Assembly: GCA_902533585.1 (NCBI GenBank)
Contig: CACAMG010000001.1
Coordinates: forward strand, 5,437 to 69,436
Source: an uncultured Pelagibacteraceae bacterium
GTDB lineage: Bacteria > Pseudomonadota > Alphaproteobacteria > Pelagibacterales > Pelagibacteraceae
Length of the DNA: 64,000 nt
Reading direction: 5' to 3'
Shown: piece by piece, positions 19,033 to 28,944 of the stretch
Layout: every line of letters starts with the position of its first letter
Numbering within the stretch: position 1 is the first letter of the stretch
The notes under the pieces: generated by a model
What the model was told of the DNA's origin: nothing
What the model saw: only the letters and a program-made list of their open reading frames with translations
Databases searched by the model: none
Position numbers and translations under genes: made by a program

Positions 19033-20461
19033 GCAAAATATAAATATTCTAAATCAATCATCGGCAATATTATTAACAATTTTTATAAGTATATTATTTT
19101 TAGTATTAGGCATTCTATATTCTAGAAAATATCAGGGAATAAATAATTATCTAGTTGCAAATAGATCAGTTGGAATCTTTTCTTTAACCACAAGCTTAGT
19201 TGCATCTGCTTTAGGTGCTTGGATTTTATTCGGCCCAGCATCAGCAGCTACATGGGGAGGTATCGGAGCAGTAATAGGTTATGCACTTGGTACAGCATTT
19301 CCTTTGTTTATTTTAATTTATTTAGGAGAAAAATTCAGGAAGAATTTTTCAAAATGTAAAACATTAATAGAAGTAATTAGAATTAAATTTGGATTAAAAT
19401 TGTTTAAATTAATTTTATTTTTATCAATTTTTTATATGACAATATTCTTGATAGCCGAAGTTACTGCTGTCTCAATGTTAATTAATTATATTTCCGGAAC
19501 CGATCTATGGATTACAGCTTTTATTATTATTTTTAGTTCACTTATTTATACATTGTATGGTGGTTTAAGAGCTTCAATTTTTACAGACAATATTCAGTTT
19601 ATAGTTTTGATGACATTACTGATAGTTGTTTTTGGATATTTAATTTCGTTTAATTACAGTGAATTTAATTTTAATTTTATTAAAAGAAATCAACCACGAT
19701 TATTAAGTTTTAATAATTTAACTAATTTTACAGCAGGATTGACCTTTTTTGTTGCAGTTGCCGCAACCAATCTTTTTCATCAAGGTAATTGGCAAAGAGT
19801 TTATGCTGCTAAAAACAATGAAGTTTTAAAAAAAAGTTTAGTTATTTCTTTTTTAATTATTATTCCAATAGTATTTTTTATGGGATTTTGTGGTTTAATT
19901 TCTGTATCTGCAAATAACAGCGTAATACCAGATTTAGCTTTTTTTTCATTGCTTTTGAAAGACAAAGTATGGAGTTTATCGATTATTATAATTTTACTTT
20001 CTATTTCTCTGACTGTAAGCAGCATTGATACATTGATTAATGCCATTTCAAGTTTAATTGTAGTTGATGGAAATAAAATATTAAAATTTAATGGGGATTA
20101 TCTTAAATTATCGAAGTATTTCATTATTTTTTTATCATTGATTGCTTTTTATATTGCATCAAAAGGTTTTAGTATTCTATATCTTTTTTTACTTGCAGAC
20201 CTCTTTTGTTGTGCGGCTGTATTAACTGTTTTCAGTAGTTTTTATAATAAATCAATTAAAGAAAAAAACTCTTATATTTCTATTATATTTGGATTAGTTA
20301 TTGGTCTTATGTTATTTCCTAGTCCAGATTTTACAAAATCTATATTAATAGGTATTTTGCTTCCGCATAATATTTTTCCTACATTTATGTCACAATCATT
20401 GCTTTTTTTGTCATTTTTCTTAGCAACCATATCTCCAATGCTTACTTGGAAAATTAAATAA
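19031..20461 (+). CDS. thiV: sodium:solute symporter, ThiV-like thiamine-precursor transporter
   Basis: Polytopic SSS protein (YTLYGGLRASIFTD, WQRVYAA) directly under a TPP riboswitch. Confidence 0.7.
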   Translation: MQNINILNQSSAILLTIFISILFLVLGILYSRKYQGINNYLVANRSVGIFSLTTSLVASALGAWILFGPASAATWGGIGAVIGYALGTAFPLFILIYLGEKFRKNFSKCKTLIEVIRIKFGLKLFKLILFLSIFYMTIFLIAEVTAVSMLINYISGTDLWITAFIIIFSSLIYTLYGGLRASIFTDNIQFIVLMTLLIVVFGYLISFNYSEFNFNFIKRNQPRLLSFNNLTNFTAGLTFFVAVAATNLFHQGNWQRVYAAKNNEVLKKSLVISFLIIIPIVFFMGFCGLISVSANNSVIPDLAFFSLLLKDKVWSLSIIIILLSISLTVSSIDTLINAISSLIVVDGNKILKFNGDYLKLSKYFIIFLSLIAFYIASKGFSILYLFLLADLFCCAAVLTVFSSFYNKSIKEKNSYISIIFGLVIGLMLFPSPDFTKSILIGILLPHNIFPTFMSQSLLFLSFFLATISPMLTWKIK

Positions 20462-20481
20462 AATGTTTATTATAAATACAA

Positions 20482-21591
20482 ATGTTTGATTTTATTATAC
20501 CTTTTTTAATACTTATTCTTGTTGTTGTGTTTATTCATGAATATGGACATTATTATTTTGCTAAAAAATATGGAGTTGGAGTAACAGATTTTTCAATAGG
20601 TTTTGGTAAAGAGATTTTAGGATGGAACGATAAATCTGGCACTAGATGGAAAGTGTGCTGGATTCCTCTAGGAGGATATGTAAAATTTTTTGGGGATAGA
20701 AATGTTTTTTCTCAAGCCGATCAAGACGAAATATTAAAAAAATATAATGAAGAAGATAGAAAAAAATTATTTACTTTAAAACCTTTGTATCAAAGGTCTC
20801 TTATTGTTTTTGGCGGCCCATTAGCTAATTTTATTTTAGCAATTCTTATATTTATGTCTATTTATATGTTTGTTGGAAAAGATTTTACTCCAGCTGTAAT
20901 TAATGAAGTAAAAAAAGATAGTCCTGCAGAAGTAGCTGGATTAATGAAAAATGATATTATTTTAGCAATAGATGGAACCGAAATAGTAAGCATCCTTGAA
21001 GTTTCCAAATTAATAGCAATGTCTACTTCTGAATATATTGATTTTAAAGTATCTAGATATAATCAAGAAAAGTTTTATAAAGTAAAACCCGATATAGTTG
21101 AAACTGAAGACAATTTAGGAAATAAAATTAAAAAACGAATGGTAGGAATTACATTAAGTCCATATAATAATAAAATTAATAATATAAAATTAGGACCAGC
21201 CCAAGCTTTGTATCATTCAATCAATGAAGTTTATTTTGTAACTTTTTCATCATTAAAATATTTAGGTTCAATTTTAACTGGTTCAGGAGATAGCTCACAA
21301 TTAGGCGGACCCATTCGTATTGCAAAGATAACTGGTCAAGTAGCTGAGTTTGGAATTGTTCCTTTTTTAAGTATAATGGCTTATATTTCTATAAGCTTAG
21401 GTTTAATTAATTTGTTTCCAATTCCTTTATTGGATGGAGGGCATTTGATGTTTTATGGATTTGAAAAAATTTTAGGTCGTCCGTTAAGTCAAAAAACACA
21501 AGAAGGTTTTTTTCGAATCGGAATGTTTTTACTCTTATTTCTGATGTTTTTTGCTACATTTAACGATCTTAAAGATTTAGGTCTATTTTAA
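20482..21591 (+). CDS. rseP: RIP metalloprotease RseP (M50 with PDZ domain)
   Basis: HEYGH, FSIGFG, PLGGYVK, NLFPIPLLDGGH. Confidence 0.9.
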   Translation: MFDFIIPFLILILVVVFIHEYGHYYFAKKYGVGVTDFSIGFGKEILGWNDKSGTRWKVCWIPLGGYVKFFGDRNVFSQADQDEILKKYNEEDRKKLFTLKPLYQRSLIVFGGPLANFILAILIFMSIYMFVGKDFTPAVINEVKKDSPAEVAGLMKNDIILAIDGTEIVSILEVSKLIAMSTSEYIDFKVSRYNQEKFYKVKPDIVETEDNLGNKIKKRMVGITLSPYNNKINNIKLGPAQALYHSINEVYFVTFSSLKYLGSILTGSGDSSQLGGPIRIAKITGQVAEFGIVPFLSIMAYISISLGLINLFPIPLLDGGHLMFYGFEKILGRPLSQKTQEGFFRIGMFLLLFLMFFATFNDLKDLGLF

Positions 21592-21637
21592 AGGGTTTTT
21601 TAATATTAAATTAGTCAATAAAATCAATACTTTTTTG

Positions 21638-21653
21638 ACACAATATATTGTGT
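21638..21653. promoter_or_regulatory. NrdR-box-like perfect palindrome upstream of HU
   Basis: ACACAATATATTGTGT matches the acaCwAtATaTwGtgt consensus and overlaps TTGACA at 21635-21640. Confidence 0.6.
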
Positions 21654-21739
21654 AAAAAAACTAATAATACACTAAAAAAAAGCTTGAATTATCAAGGATT
21701 TTGTTAAGTATGCATTTAACCTTTAAAACCGGAGCTAAA

Positions 21740-22015
21740 ATGAACAAAAAACAATTAGTGGCTAAATTAGCTGGTTCTTTAAACCAAAGTAAAGCTGATG
21801 CTGAGCGTACTTTTGACACTATAACCAACACTATTCTAGATGCGTTAAAAAACGATGATTCTGTGAAAATTGCTGGATTTGGTACATATAAAGTAGCCAA
21901 GAGAAAAGCTCGTATTGGACGTAATCCAAGAACGGGAGAGCAGATCCAAATTGCTGCGTCTCAAAAGGTAAAATTTTTACCTGCAAAAGCACTTAAAGAA
22001 ATCTTTAATAAATAA
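21740..22015 (+). CDS. hup: DNA-binding protein HU
   Basis: MNKKQLV..GFGTY..RIGRNPRTGE..F.PAKALK; GGAG Shine-Dalgarno supports a start at 21740 rather than 21701. Confidence 0.95.
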   Translation: MNKKQLVAKLAGSLNQSKADAERTFDTITNTILDALKNDDSVKIAGFGTYKVAKRKARIGRNPRTGEQIQIAASQKVKFLPAKALKEIFNK

Positions 22016-22023
22016 ATATAATT

Positions 22024-22059
22024 CTAACAGTCTTTATAAAAAATTATAAAGACTGTTAG
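22024..22059. terminator. bidirectional terminator between the convergent hup and bcp genes
   Basis: Perfect 16-bp inverted repeat CTAACAGTCTTTATAA-AAAA-TTATAAAGACTGTTAG. Confidence 0.75.
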
Positions 22060-22060
22060 C

Positions 22061-22525
22061 CTATTTTTCAGCAACTAAAAACGAAAGAACTTCTTTTGCA
22101 TGCCCTAAAACTTTAACAGATCGCCACTCTTTTAATATTTTTTTCTGTTTAATAACAAAAGTGCTTCTTATTAAGCCCATAAATTCTTTTCCCAAAAATT
22201 TCTTTTTTCCCCATACCTTGTAAGATTTAATAGCCTTTTTTTCTACATCGGCAAGCAAATCAAACTTAACATTATATTTTTTTTTAAACTTTTTATGACT
22301 TTCAATATTATCTTTGGAAATACCATATATTGTACAATTTAATCTTTTAAACTTTGATAATAAAGAATTAAAATCTTTAGTTTCGATTGTACAACCAGGA
22401 GTATCATCTTTTGGATAGAAATATAAAACAATAAATTTTGATTTAACTTTATTTAACTCAATAATTTTTCCGTTTGTTGATTCTAAGAGAAAATTTGGAG
22501 CTTTTTTCATTATAATTTTTACCAT
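22061..22525 (-). CDS. bcp: peroxiredoxin Bcp/PrxQ
   Basis: LYFYPKDDTPGCT, RSTF. Confidence 0.9.
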   Translation of the reverse strand: MVKIIMKKAPNFLLESTNGKIIELNKVKSKFIVLYFYPKDDTPGCTIETKDFNSLLSKFKRLNCTIYGISKDNIESHKKFKKKYNVKFDLLADVEKKAIKSYKVWGKKKFLGKEFMGLIRSTFVIKQKKILKEWRSVKVLGHAKEVLSFLVAEK

Positions 22526-23512
22526 TTATTCATTTTCATCCCAAAGTTTTTTATAATTTATAAAAGGTGATAGTCCATAACTAGAGTTAACATTTGTAAG
22601 ATGAACAGATAAAGATTTTATTGGTGAAATACAAATTTCTTTTTCATAAATTTTATTCAAATATTTTTCAAATGGATCATGTCTTTGAAGGCAATTATTA
22701 TAAAAATTTTCCCAATATATTTCTATAAATTTTATAGAAGTCATAAATGTGCATAAAGTTTTTGTTATTGTTCTCCAATGCCTTTTTGTTCCTATTAGTA
22801 AATTTGTTTTTTCATTATTCATATAAAAATATGGATAGTCAGATGGACAGATAAAAATTTCCTTATTTAACTGAGATGAAACTCTTTCATAGGTTGAAAT
22901 CATTTCTTCTAAAGCATAATCAAAATGTAAATAATCATCTTCTACAAAGTACACCAAATCTTTTCCATTTTTTTTTCCAATTTCAAAACACTTTAATAAG
23001 CTTGATAAATTAGAGAAAGTTTCATTATTATTTTGATCTTTAATTATGGTCTTGTGTTCATTGCAATCGTGGTTAATTATTTCAACATTAATTTGTTGAG
23101 CTTGAGATATATTTTTAAATTTTTTTAAATCTTCTTCATTAGTATTTTCATTAATTATTTTAATATCTATTTCAATGTTATGATATTTTTTCTTAAGGAA
23201 ATTTACACTTTTTAGCAATGAGTTAAGTGATCTAGTAGCATAATCTATTTTTGGGTATTCAAATATTCTTTTTTTGTTTTGATCCCAAATATTTACATTT
23301 GTATTGGTTCTAAATATAATTAATAAAGATGTAATCTTTCTTGTTAACTTTACTTCTCCTAGTGGAACAATTATTGATTTTTTTTTATTTGATAAATCTT
23401 CATCGAGTTTTTTTTCTAAAGTTGGGGAATAAAATTCATTTTGGTCAATCAATTCATATCCAAGAATTTTAGATATTCTAATAAATAATTTTTTTATGAT
23501 GTTTTTTTTCAT
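22526..23512 (-). CDS. hypothetical GT-A (GT2-like) glycosyltransferase-fold protein
   Basis: YFVEDDYLH DxD-like motif; rest not recognised. Confidence 0.45.
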   Translation of the reverse strand: MKKNIIKKLFIRISKILGYELIDQNEFYSPTLEKKLDEDLSNKKKSIIVPLGEVKLTRKITSLLIIFRTNTNVNIWDQNKKRIFEYPKIDYATRSLNSLLKSVNFLKKKYHNIEIDIKIINENTNEEDLKKFKNISQAQQINVEIINHDCNEHKTIIKDQNNNETFSNLSSLLKCFEIGKKNGKDLVYFVEDDYLHFDYALEEMISTYERVSSQLNKEIFICPSDYPYFYMNNEKTNLLIGTKRHWRTITKTLCTFMTSIKFIEIYWENFYNNCLQRHDPFEKYLNKIYEKEICISPIKSLSVHLTNVNSSYGLSPFINYKKLWDENE

Positions 23513-23542
23513 TCAAACGTTTATAATATTATCTACAATACT

Positions 23543-23926
23543 ATGTCTATTAAATCATCACAAACCCTTGTTTCAGAAGCATTAAAAGAAGTTAAAACTA
23601 TCACTCCAAATGAAGCTATAAATCTATCAAATGATAATCAATGCAATTTGATAGACATTAGGGATGCATTAGAACTTCAAAATGAAGGACGTGTTGAAAA
23701 TTCTTTTCACGTATCAAGAGGTTTGTTAGAATTTTCACTTCATCCAGACAGTCTTTATGTTCAAAGAGAAAATTTAGATCTTAACAAAGAATTAGTTTTA
23801 TTTTGTGCCGCAGGAGGAAGATCAGCTCTTGCTGCAAAAACACTTAAAGAAATGGGTTTTAAAAAAGTTTCTCACATTGGAGGAGGTTTTGCAGCAATGA
23901 AAAAAAGTGGTTTTAAAATAATTTAA
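23543..23926 (+). CDS. single-domain rhodanese
   Basis: LIDIRD, SRGLLEF, active-site loop CAAGGRS, IGGGF. Confidence 0.9.
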   Translation: MSIKSSQTLVSEALKEVKTITPNEAINLSNDNQCNLIDIRDALELQNEGRVENSFHVSRGLLEFSLHPDSLYVQRENLDLNKELVLFCAAGGRSALAAKTLKEMGFKKVSHIGGGFAAMKKSGFKII

Positions 23927-24510
23927 TTTTTTTCAAACTCATCTACAGCATATTCTAACCTATCTTGACCCCAAAATATTTTATTATTAACAATAAAAGT
24001 AGGAGCTCCAAATATATCTTTTTGAAAAGCTTCGTGAGTTAATTTTTTTAAGACTTCTTTTATTTTATTATCTTTAATTTTAAAAAAAAAGTTGTCAGTA
24101 TCTATTTCTAGATTGTTTAAAATTTTAATAATTTCATTTTTTTTTGATAAATCAATGTTCATAGACCAATATGCTTCGAAGAAACTATTAATATAATCTT
24201 TTATTTTTTTTTTATCTATTATCAGTAACCCTCTCATAATATCTAAAGAGCTTATTGGAAATTTGTCGTTGAACTTAAAATCGATATTGTATTTTTTAGC
24301 AACCATCATGCAATCACTTGATAAATATTTATTTTTTGATTTAACAAAAGCTGGCGCTGTTATCTCTAACAAATTATGCAGACCTCCTAATAAAATTGGT
24401 TTATATGAAAATAAAATTTTTTTTGTTTTTTCAATCTCTGATATTTTCTTGTGTGCTAAAAAAGAATAAGGACTTATTATATCAAAATAAAATTCTATTT
24501 TCTTAGTCAT
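23923..24510 (-). CDS. 2-hydroxychromene-2-carboxylate isomerase/GST-kappa (DsbA family)
   Basis: FYFDIISPYS, PILLGG, FGAPTF, FWGQDRL; start taken at MTKK. Confidence 0.85.
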   Translation of the reverse strand: MTKKIEFYFDIISPYSFLAHKKISEIEKTKKILFSYKPILLGGLHNLLEITAPAFVKSKNKYLSSDCMMVAKKYNIDFKFNDKFPISSLDIMRGLLIIDKKKIKDYINSFFEAYWSMNIDLSKKNEIIKILNNLEIDTDNFFFKIKDNKIKEVLKKLTHEAFQKDIFGAPTFIVNNKIFWGQDRLEYAVDEFEKN

Positions 24511-24976
24511 ATAAACTAATACGTTTTGCAAAAAATATTCTTATAATCCAATAAAATAATATTCCAAGAGGACCAACAAAGTAAGTTATTAATAACGGTA
24601 GAAAAATTACAAATTTAGATATTAAAAGTTTTTGACTGTCTTTAACTATCCACGATCCACAAAATAAATTGATTGCAATGAAATGAACCCAAAAAATAAT
24701 TAAAAAAGAAGTATTAGAAAATAAGTTTGTTAGTTCGTCAATGTCTAGATAGAGTTTGAAGTTATCTAAAAAATTGTATTCATTTATGTATAAATAGTAC
24801 AGTAAATAAATATATAAAAAGCCAAAAATAAAGTAAGGAAAAATGGAACTTACAAAAAACTTACACACTTTCGATTGAGGAAAAAACATGAGAATCAACC
24901 AGAATGGGATTGCTCCAATGTTCAGCCACAAATAAATCATTTCAATTGTAAAAAAATTAGTTAATTGTTCGGTCAT
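24503..24976 (-). CDS. DUF4281/ABA4-like membrane protein
   Basis: PFWLILMFFP, WVHFIAINLF.G.W, GPLG.LFY. Confidence 0.75.
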   Translation of the reverse strand: MTEQLTNFFTIEMIYLWLNIGAIPFWLILMFFPQSKVCKFFVSSIFPYFIFGFLYIYLLYYLYINEYNFLDNFKLYLDIDELTNLFSNTSFLIIFWVHFIAINLFCGSWIVKDSQKLLISKFVIFLPLLITYFVGPLGILFYWIIRIFFAKRISLYD

Positions 24977-25004
24977 ATAAAAATATATTATATTACATCA
25001 TTTA

Positions 25005-25568
25005 ATGATTCCTATAAAAATTAAAAAAAAGACACTAGATATGACTGTTGAAGAAATGCGTAATTTTTCTTTTGCTTATATTGAAAAATATGCACCTTCA
25101 AAACAGCAATTAAGGACTTATTTATTAAAAAAATACCTAAGATCTAGAAATGTAAATATTAATAAAAAAAACATCACAGATTTAATAGAAATTGTTATAG
25201 ATGATTTAGAAAATAACAGCTTTATTAATGATAAATATTATTCAAAATCAAAAGCAAAAAATCTTATTCGCAAAGGTAACTCAATCAATAAGATAAGAAA
25301 ATATTTATTATCCAAAGGAATTAGAGATAGTTTTGTGCAAGACACAATTGAAGAAATTAGAGAGAACAATGTTGATCAAGATTTTTTTTCAGCAATAAAA
25401 ATATGCAAGAAGAAAAGAATTGGACCATCTAGAGAAGAAGGCAATAGACCGCTATTTTATAAAAAAGATATAGCAATATTAGCAAGATCTGGTTTTGATT
25501 TTGAAACTTCGAAAAAAGTTATGGATTTAAAAAAAGATGAATATTTAAAAATTATTACTCTGTTATAA
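25005..25568 (+). CDS. recX: RecX family regulator
   Basis: FINDKYY..KG.S..KIRKYLLSKGI, LARSGFDF. Confidence 0.75.
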   Translation: MIPIKIKKKTLDMTVEEMRNFSFAYIEKYAPSKQQLRTYLLKKYLRSRNVNINKKNITDLIEIVIDDLENNSFINDKYYSKSKAKNLIRKGNSINKIRKYLLSKGIRDSFVQDTIEEIRENNVDQDFFSAIKICKKKRIGPSREEGNRPLFYKKDIAILARSGFDFETSKKVMDLKKDEYLKIITLL

Positions 25569-25706
25569 TTTTTTTTTATTATTTTTAATTTCCAAATAAT
25601 ATTGAATTCTTTTTTTTATATAATTTTTTACAAATACAAAAATAATTAATCCAAATATTGATACAGAAACTATTATTATTAAGATTATTTTTAATGTTTC
25701 GTTCAT
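25563..25706 (-). CDS. 47-aa single-pass membrane protein (not in ORF track)
   Basis: MNETLKIILIIIVSVSIFGLIIFVFVKNYIKKRIQYYLEIKNNKKKL*; TAATG overlap with the cysQ stop; TM helix followed by a basic tail. Confidence 0.55.
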   Translation of the reverse strand: MNETLKIILIIIVSVSIFGLIIFVFVKNYIKKRIQYYLEIKNNKKKL

Positions 25707-26479
25707 TATAATATAGCGGATCTTCTTATTATTAAACTTGGATTTGAAAAATTTTTTTTTCCATAAAATATTTCTTTGCCTTCAAAATCAGTAATAATTC
25801 CACCCGCATTAATTAATATTGCATGTCCAGCAGCAATATCCCATTCTGATGCTCTTGGTTCAGCAACATATATATCATATTCACCTGTTGCTATAACACA
25901 AAATTTGTATGAACTTTTCATCTTAACATGTTTTGTTACGCCAAATTTTTTATGAATTTTAGAAATTTCTGGTTTTAAATTTTCAGAATATGAAACTGCT
26001 ATAACCTCATCTTTTTTAGATAACTTTTCGCAGCTTAATTTTATTTCTTGGTTATTTTTTAATTCATAACTGAAATTTTTACCGTAAGAAAAAAATAATC
26101 TTTTTTTTTCAGGTGCATTTATAATACCAATTAGAGGAGTTTTGTTAATTATTAGAGCAGCGTTTAAAGTAAATTCATCTCTATTATTAATAAAATCATA
26201 AGTTCCATCTATAGGATCTATCAGCCAAAAGTCTTTTAAGTTTTTTGTGTCTTTGTTATTAGAATTTTCTTCTGATACTATTGGAATTTCTGGAGTTAAT
26301 TCTTTAATTTTTTTTGTAAACATGTTGTTTACTTCTATATCTGCGTTTGTAACTGGAGTACTGTCTGATTTAGTTTTTTTTATTAGTCCTTTTCTTCTAA
26401 GTTCTAAAGATATTTCACCAGCTTTTAAAAAAGTGTCGATTAAATCATAAATAATTTTTTTAGTTTCTTCTATTTTCAT
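25706..26479 (-). CDS. cysQ: 3'(2'),5'-bisphosphate nucleotidase CysQ
   Basis: PVTNAD, VSEE, WLIDPIDGT, WDIAAG. Confidence 0.85.
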   Translation of the reverse strand: MKIEETKKIIYDLIDTFLKAGEISLELRRKGLIKKTKSDSTPVTNADIEVNNMFTKKIKELTPEIPIVSEENSNNKDTKNLKDFWLIDPIDGTYDFINNRDEFTLNAALIINKTPLIGIINAPEKKRLFFSYGKNFSYELKNNQEIKLSCEKLSKKDEVIAVSYSENLKPEISKIHKKFGVTKHVKMKSSYKFCVIATGEYDIYVAEPRASEWDIAAGHAILINAGGIITDFEGKEIFYGKKNFSNPSLIIRRSAIL

Positions 26480-26649
26480 TATGTATTTATTTTTTCTAAT
26501 TCAATAATTTTTGAATTAATTACTTTTTTTCCTACATTTTCGAAGTTTACTGTTACTTTATCTTTTATAATCGATTGTACTTGGCCAATGCCCCAGTTTT
26601 TATTTGAGGGATTTACCACTTTATCTCCTGGTTCAAAATTTATAATCAT
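26479..26649 (-). CDS. DUF3553 family small protein (56 aa, not in ORF track)
   Basis: MIINFEPGDKVVNPSNKNWGIGQVQSIIKDKVTVNFENVGKKVIN...; WG.GQVQS and VTVNF motifs; stop overlaps the cysQ start. Confidence 0.8.
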   Translation of the reverse strand: MIINFEPGDKVVNPSNKNWGIGQVQSIIKDKVTVNFENVGKKVINSKIIELEKINT

Positions 26650-26691
26650 TTATCTTAACTTATATTAGAAATATGTATAAATAGCATCAAT

Positions 26692-27810
26692 ATGAATTCT
26701 AAAATTAATTCTTTAGGTTTAGATAAAAAACCTAAAGATACAACAGTAGTAGTTGCTATGTCCGGAGGAGTTGACTCTTCTACGGTTGCTGGAATGATGA
26801 AAAAAGAAGGATATAAAGTAATTGGAGTAACACTTAAATTATCTGACGACACACAAGAAGTAGCTCACTCTAAACAATGCTGCTCCGGACAAGATATAAT
26901 GGATGCTAAAAGAGTAGCAAACAAATTAGATATTGAACATAAAGTTTTTTATTATCAAAATAAATTTAAGGAAGGGGTGGTGGATAATTTTGTAGAAAGT
27001 TACCTTAAAGGAGAAACACCAGTTCCTTGTATACAGTGTAATAAAACTGTAAAATTTAACGATTTATTTGAGGAGTCAAAAACTTTAAATGCTGATGCTT
27101 TAATCACAGGACATTATGTTAAAAGTATAACTAAAAATAAAGTAACAGAACTGTATAGAGCTGCGGATGAAAATCGTGATCAAAGTTATTTTTTATTTAA
27201 TACTACCAGAGATCAACTAAATTATTTGCGTTTTCCATTAGGGGGCCTTTTAAAATCAGAAACTAGAAGAATTGCAAAAGATCTTGATTTAAATGTTGCA
27301 GACAAGCCTGATAGTCAAGACATATGTTTTGTACCAAATGGTAATTATGTTTCAGTAATAGAAAAATTAAGACCAGATGCTTTTAAAAAAGGAAATATTA
27401 AAAATACTAAAGGAGAAGTAATCGGTGTCCATGAAGGAATTGTAAATTTTACCATTGGACAAAGAAAAGGAATTAAAATTGCAGCTAAAGAACCGCTATA
27501 TGTGACTGATATAAATTCAGATCACAATGAAATTATAGTTGGTTCAAAAAGTGATTTATTAAAAAAAAAAATTGTTTTAAGAGATTTAAATTTATTATCT
27601 GATAATAAAGTTTTTGAAAAAGAAATTTTTGTAAAAGTTAGATCTACTGGAAAACTTATTAGGTCAAAACTTAATTTAAATATGGAATTTCCAACACTAA
27701 ATTTATATGAAGATGAGTATGGAATTTCCCCAGGTCAAGCTTGTGTTTTTTATCAAAAAGACAATGATGGTGATAGAGTTTTAGGTGGGGGCTGGATTAG
27801 TAAAAGTTAA
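26692..27810 (+). CDS. mnmA: tRNA 2-thiouridylase MnmA
   Basis: [43 protein letters not shown]. Confidence 0.95.
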   Translation: MNSKINSLGLDKKPKDTTVVVAMSGGVDSSTVAGMMKKEGYKVIGVTLKLSDDTQEVAHSKQCCSGQDIMDAKRVANKLDIEHKVFYYQNKFKEGVVDNFVESYLKGETPVPCIQCNKTVKFNDLFEESKTLNADALITGHYVKSITKNKVTELYRAADENRDQSYFLFNTTRDQLNYLRFPLGGLLKSETRRIAKDLDLNVADKPDSQDICFVPNGNYVSVIEKLRPDAFKKGNIKNTKGEVIGVHEGIVNFTIGQRKGIKIAAKEPLYVTDINSDHNEIIVGSKSDLLKKKIVLRDLNLLSDNKVFEKEIFVKVRSTGKLIRSKLNLNMEFPTLNLYEDEYGISPGQACVFYQKDNDGDRVLGGGWISKS

Positions 27811-28845
27811 TTTTTTCCAAATGAAAAAAGATAATAAATAATAGATCAATAGTATCAAAAAATAATTCCATTCTAATGCATAATCTATCTTAGGGCTTAA
27901 ATCATAAAAAATTAAAATTACTAATATTAAAGTAGTACTAATACACACGAAACTAACAAAAATTAATTTTAACACCAATATAAAGTTAAAAAAATAATTT
28001 TTAAGCTCTCTTCTTTTTTTCCAAATAAAACTTAAAAGGTATGCTTGGGCTAACAATTCAAACAAAATAAAAAAAACAATGTATGATCTTCTAATTTGAG
28101 TATAAATTTTAACGTCATAAACCTTTCCTAGAAAAAAAACATGTAAAAGCAGGAAGACAGCTGACAAAAAGCCAAATATAAAAAATACATTAATACGTTT
28201 TGCTTCAAAAATTTTGTTTAAAACTAAATTGTAGGAATACCAATATAATATCATCAAAATCACACTTAAATACATCAGAGGCTTGAAAATATAATTAATT
28301 GGAAAACGTTTTACGATATTGCTTATGGAGGTTTCACCATTAATCATTGGATTTACTGTTTCAGCTGTGCCTAAATTAAATTTTTTTTTAGAAAGATATT
28401 CATAAATATTTGGAAATAATTTATAAAAAAAATAGTCTTTTGTATTAATAATACATTTATCACTTAGATTGTTAGAAATTGTATATTTGTTAATAATTGG
28501 AGTTTTTTTTTTTAGTAATTCTTCAGACTCTAATTTTGTTAACTCATTTAGACCATCTATTGAAAAAAATTGTTCTTGTATAGAATATTTGTAACATTGA
28601 TCTAGTTTTGAGATTTTATCTAGACCGTCGGTATAATCATAACACCAATTGTTTTCTTTTGTACAAGAAAGTTCAAAAGTTGAACCTATTTTGTTGCTCT
28701 TAAATGGAAAAATACTTTGATACGGGTAGTCATATGAAACTAAATAATTATGTAATGATAGAGATCCAACAAGACCCAAAAAGGGCACTACAAATAATAA
28801 CAATGCTGAAATCCTTAATAAACGAATACCTTTATTAATAATCAT
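27781..28845 (-). CDS. hypothetical multi-pass membrane protein with a Cys-containing extracytoplasmic loop
   Basis: N-terminal TM, soluble loop with several Cys, about 5 C-terminal TM helices. Confidence 0.6.
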   Translation of the reverse strand: MIINKGIRLLRISALLLFVVPFLGLVGSLSLHNYLVSYDYPYQSIFPFKSNKIGSTFELSCTKENNWCYDYTDGLDKISKLDQCYKYSIQEQFFSIDGLNELTKLESEELLKKKTPIINKYTISNNLSDKCIINTKDYFFYKLFPNIYEYLSKKKFNLGTAETVNPMINGETSISNIVKRFPINYIFKPLMYLSVILMILYWYSYNLVLNKIFEAKRINVFFIFGFLSAVFLLLHVFFLGKVYDVKIYTQIRRSYIVFFILFELLAQAYLLSFIWKKRRELKNYFFNFILVLKLIFVSFVCISTTLILVILIFYDLSPKIDYALEWNYFLILLIYYLLSFFIWKKLTFTNPAPT

Positions 28846-28860
28846 TAATAAATATTTAAG

Positions 28861-28944
28861 TTATTTTTTCTTATTTTTTTTTCTTGCTCTTCTTTTTTTT
28901 GAGCCCATTTTTCTTCGGCCTCTATGTTTTTTTGGATATCCCAT
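28861..28944 (-). CDS. 27-aa highly basic peptide (not in ORF track)
   Basis: MGYPKKHRGRRKMGSKKRRARKKNKKK*; preceded by TAAGGAGATT Shine-Dalgarno. Confidence 0.65.
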   Translation of the reverse strand: MGYPKKHRGRRKMGSKKRRARKKNKKK

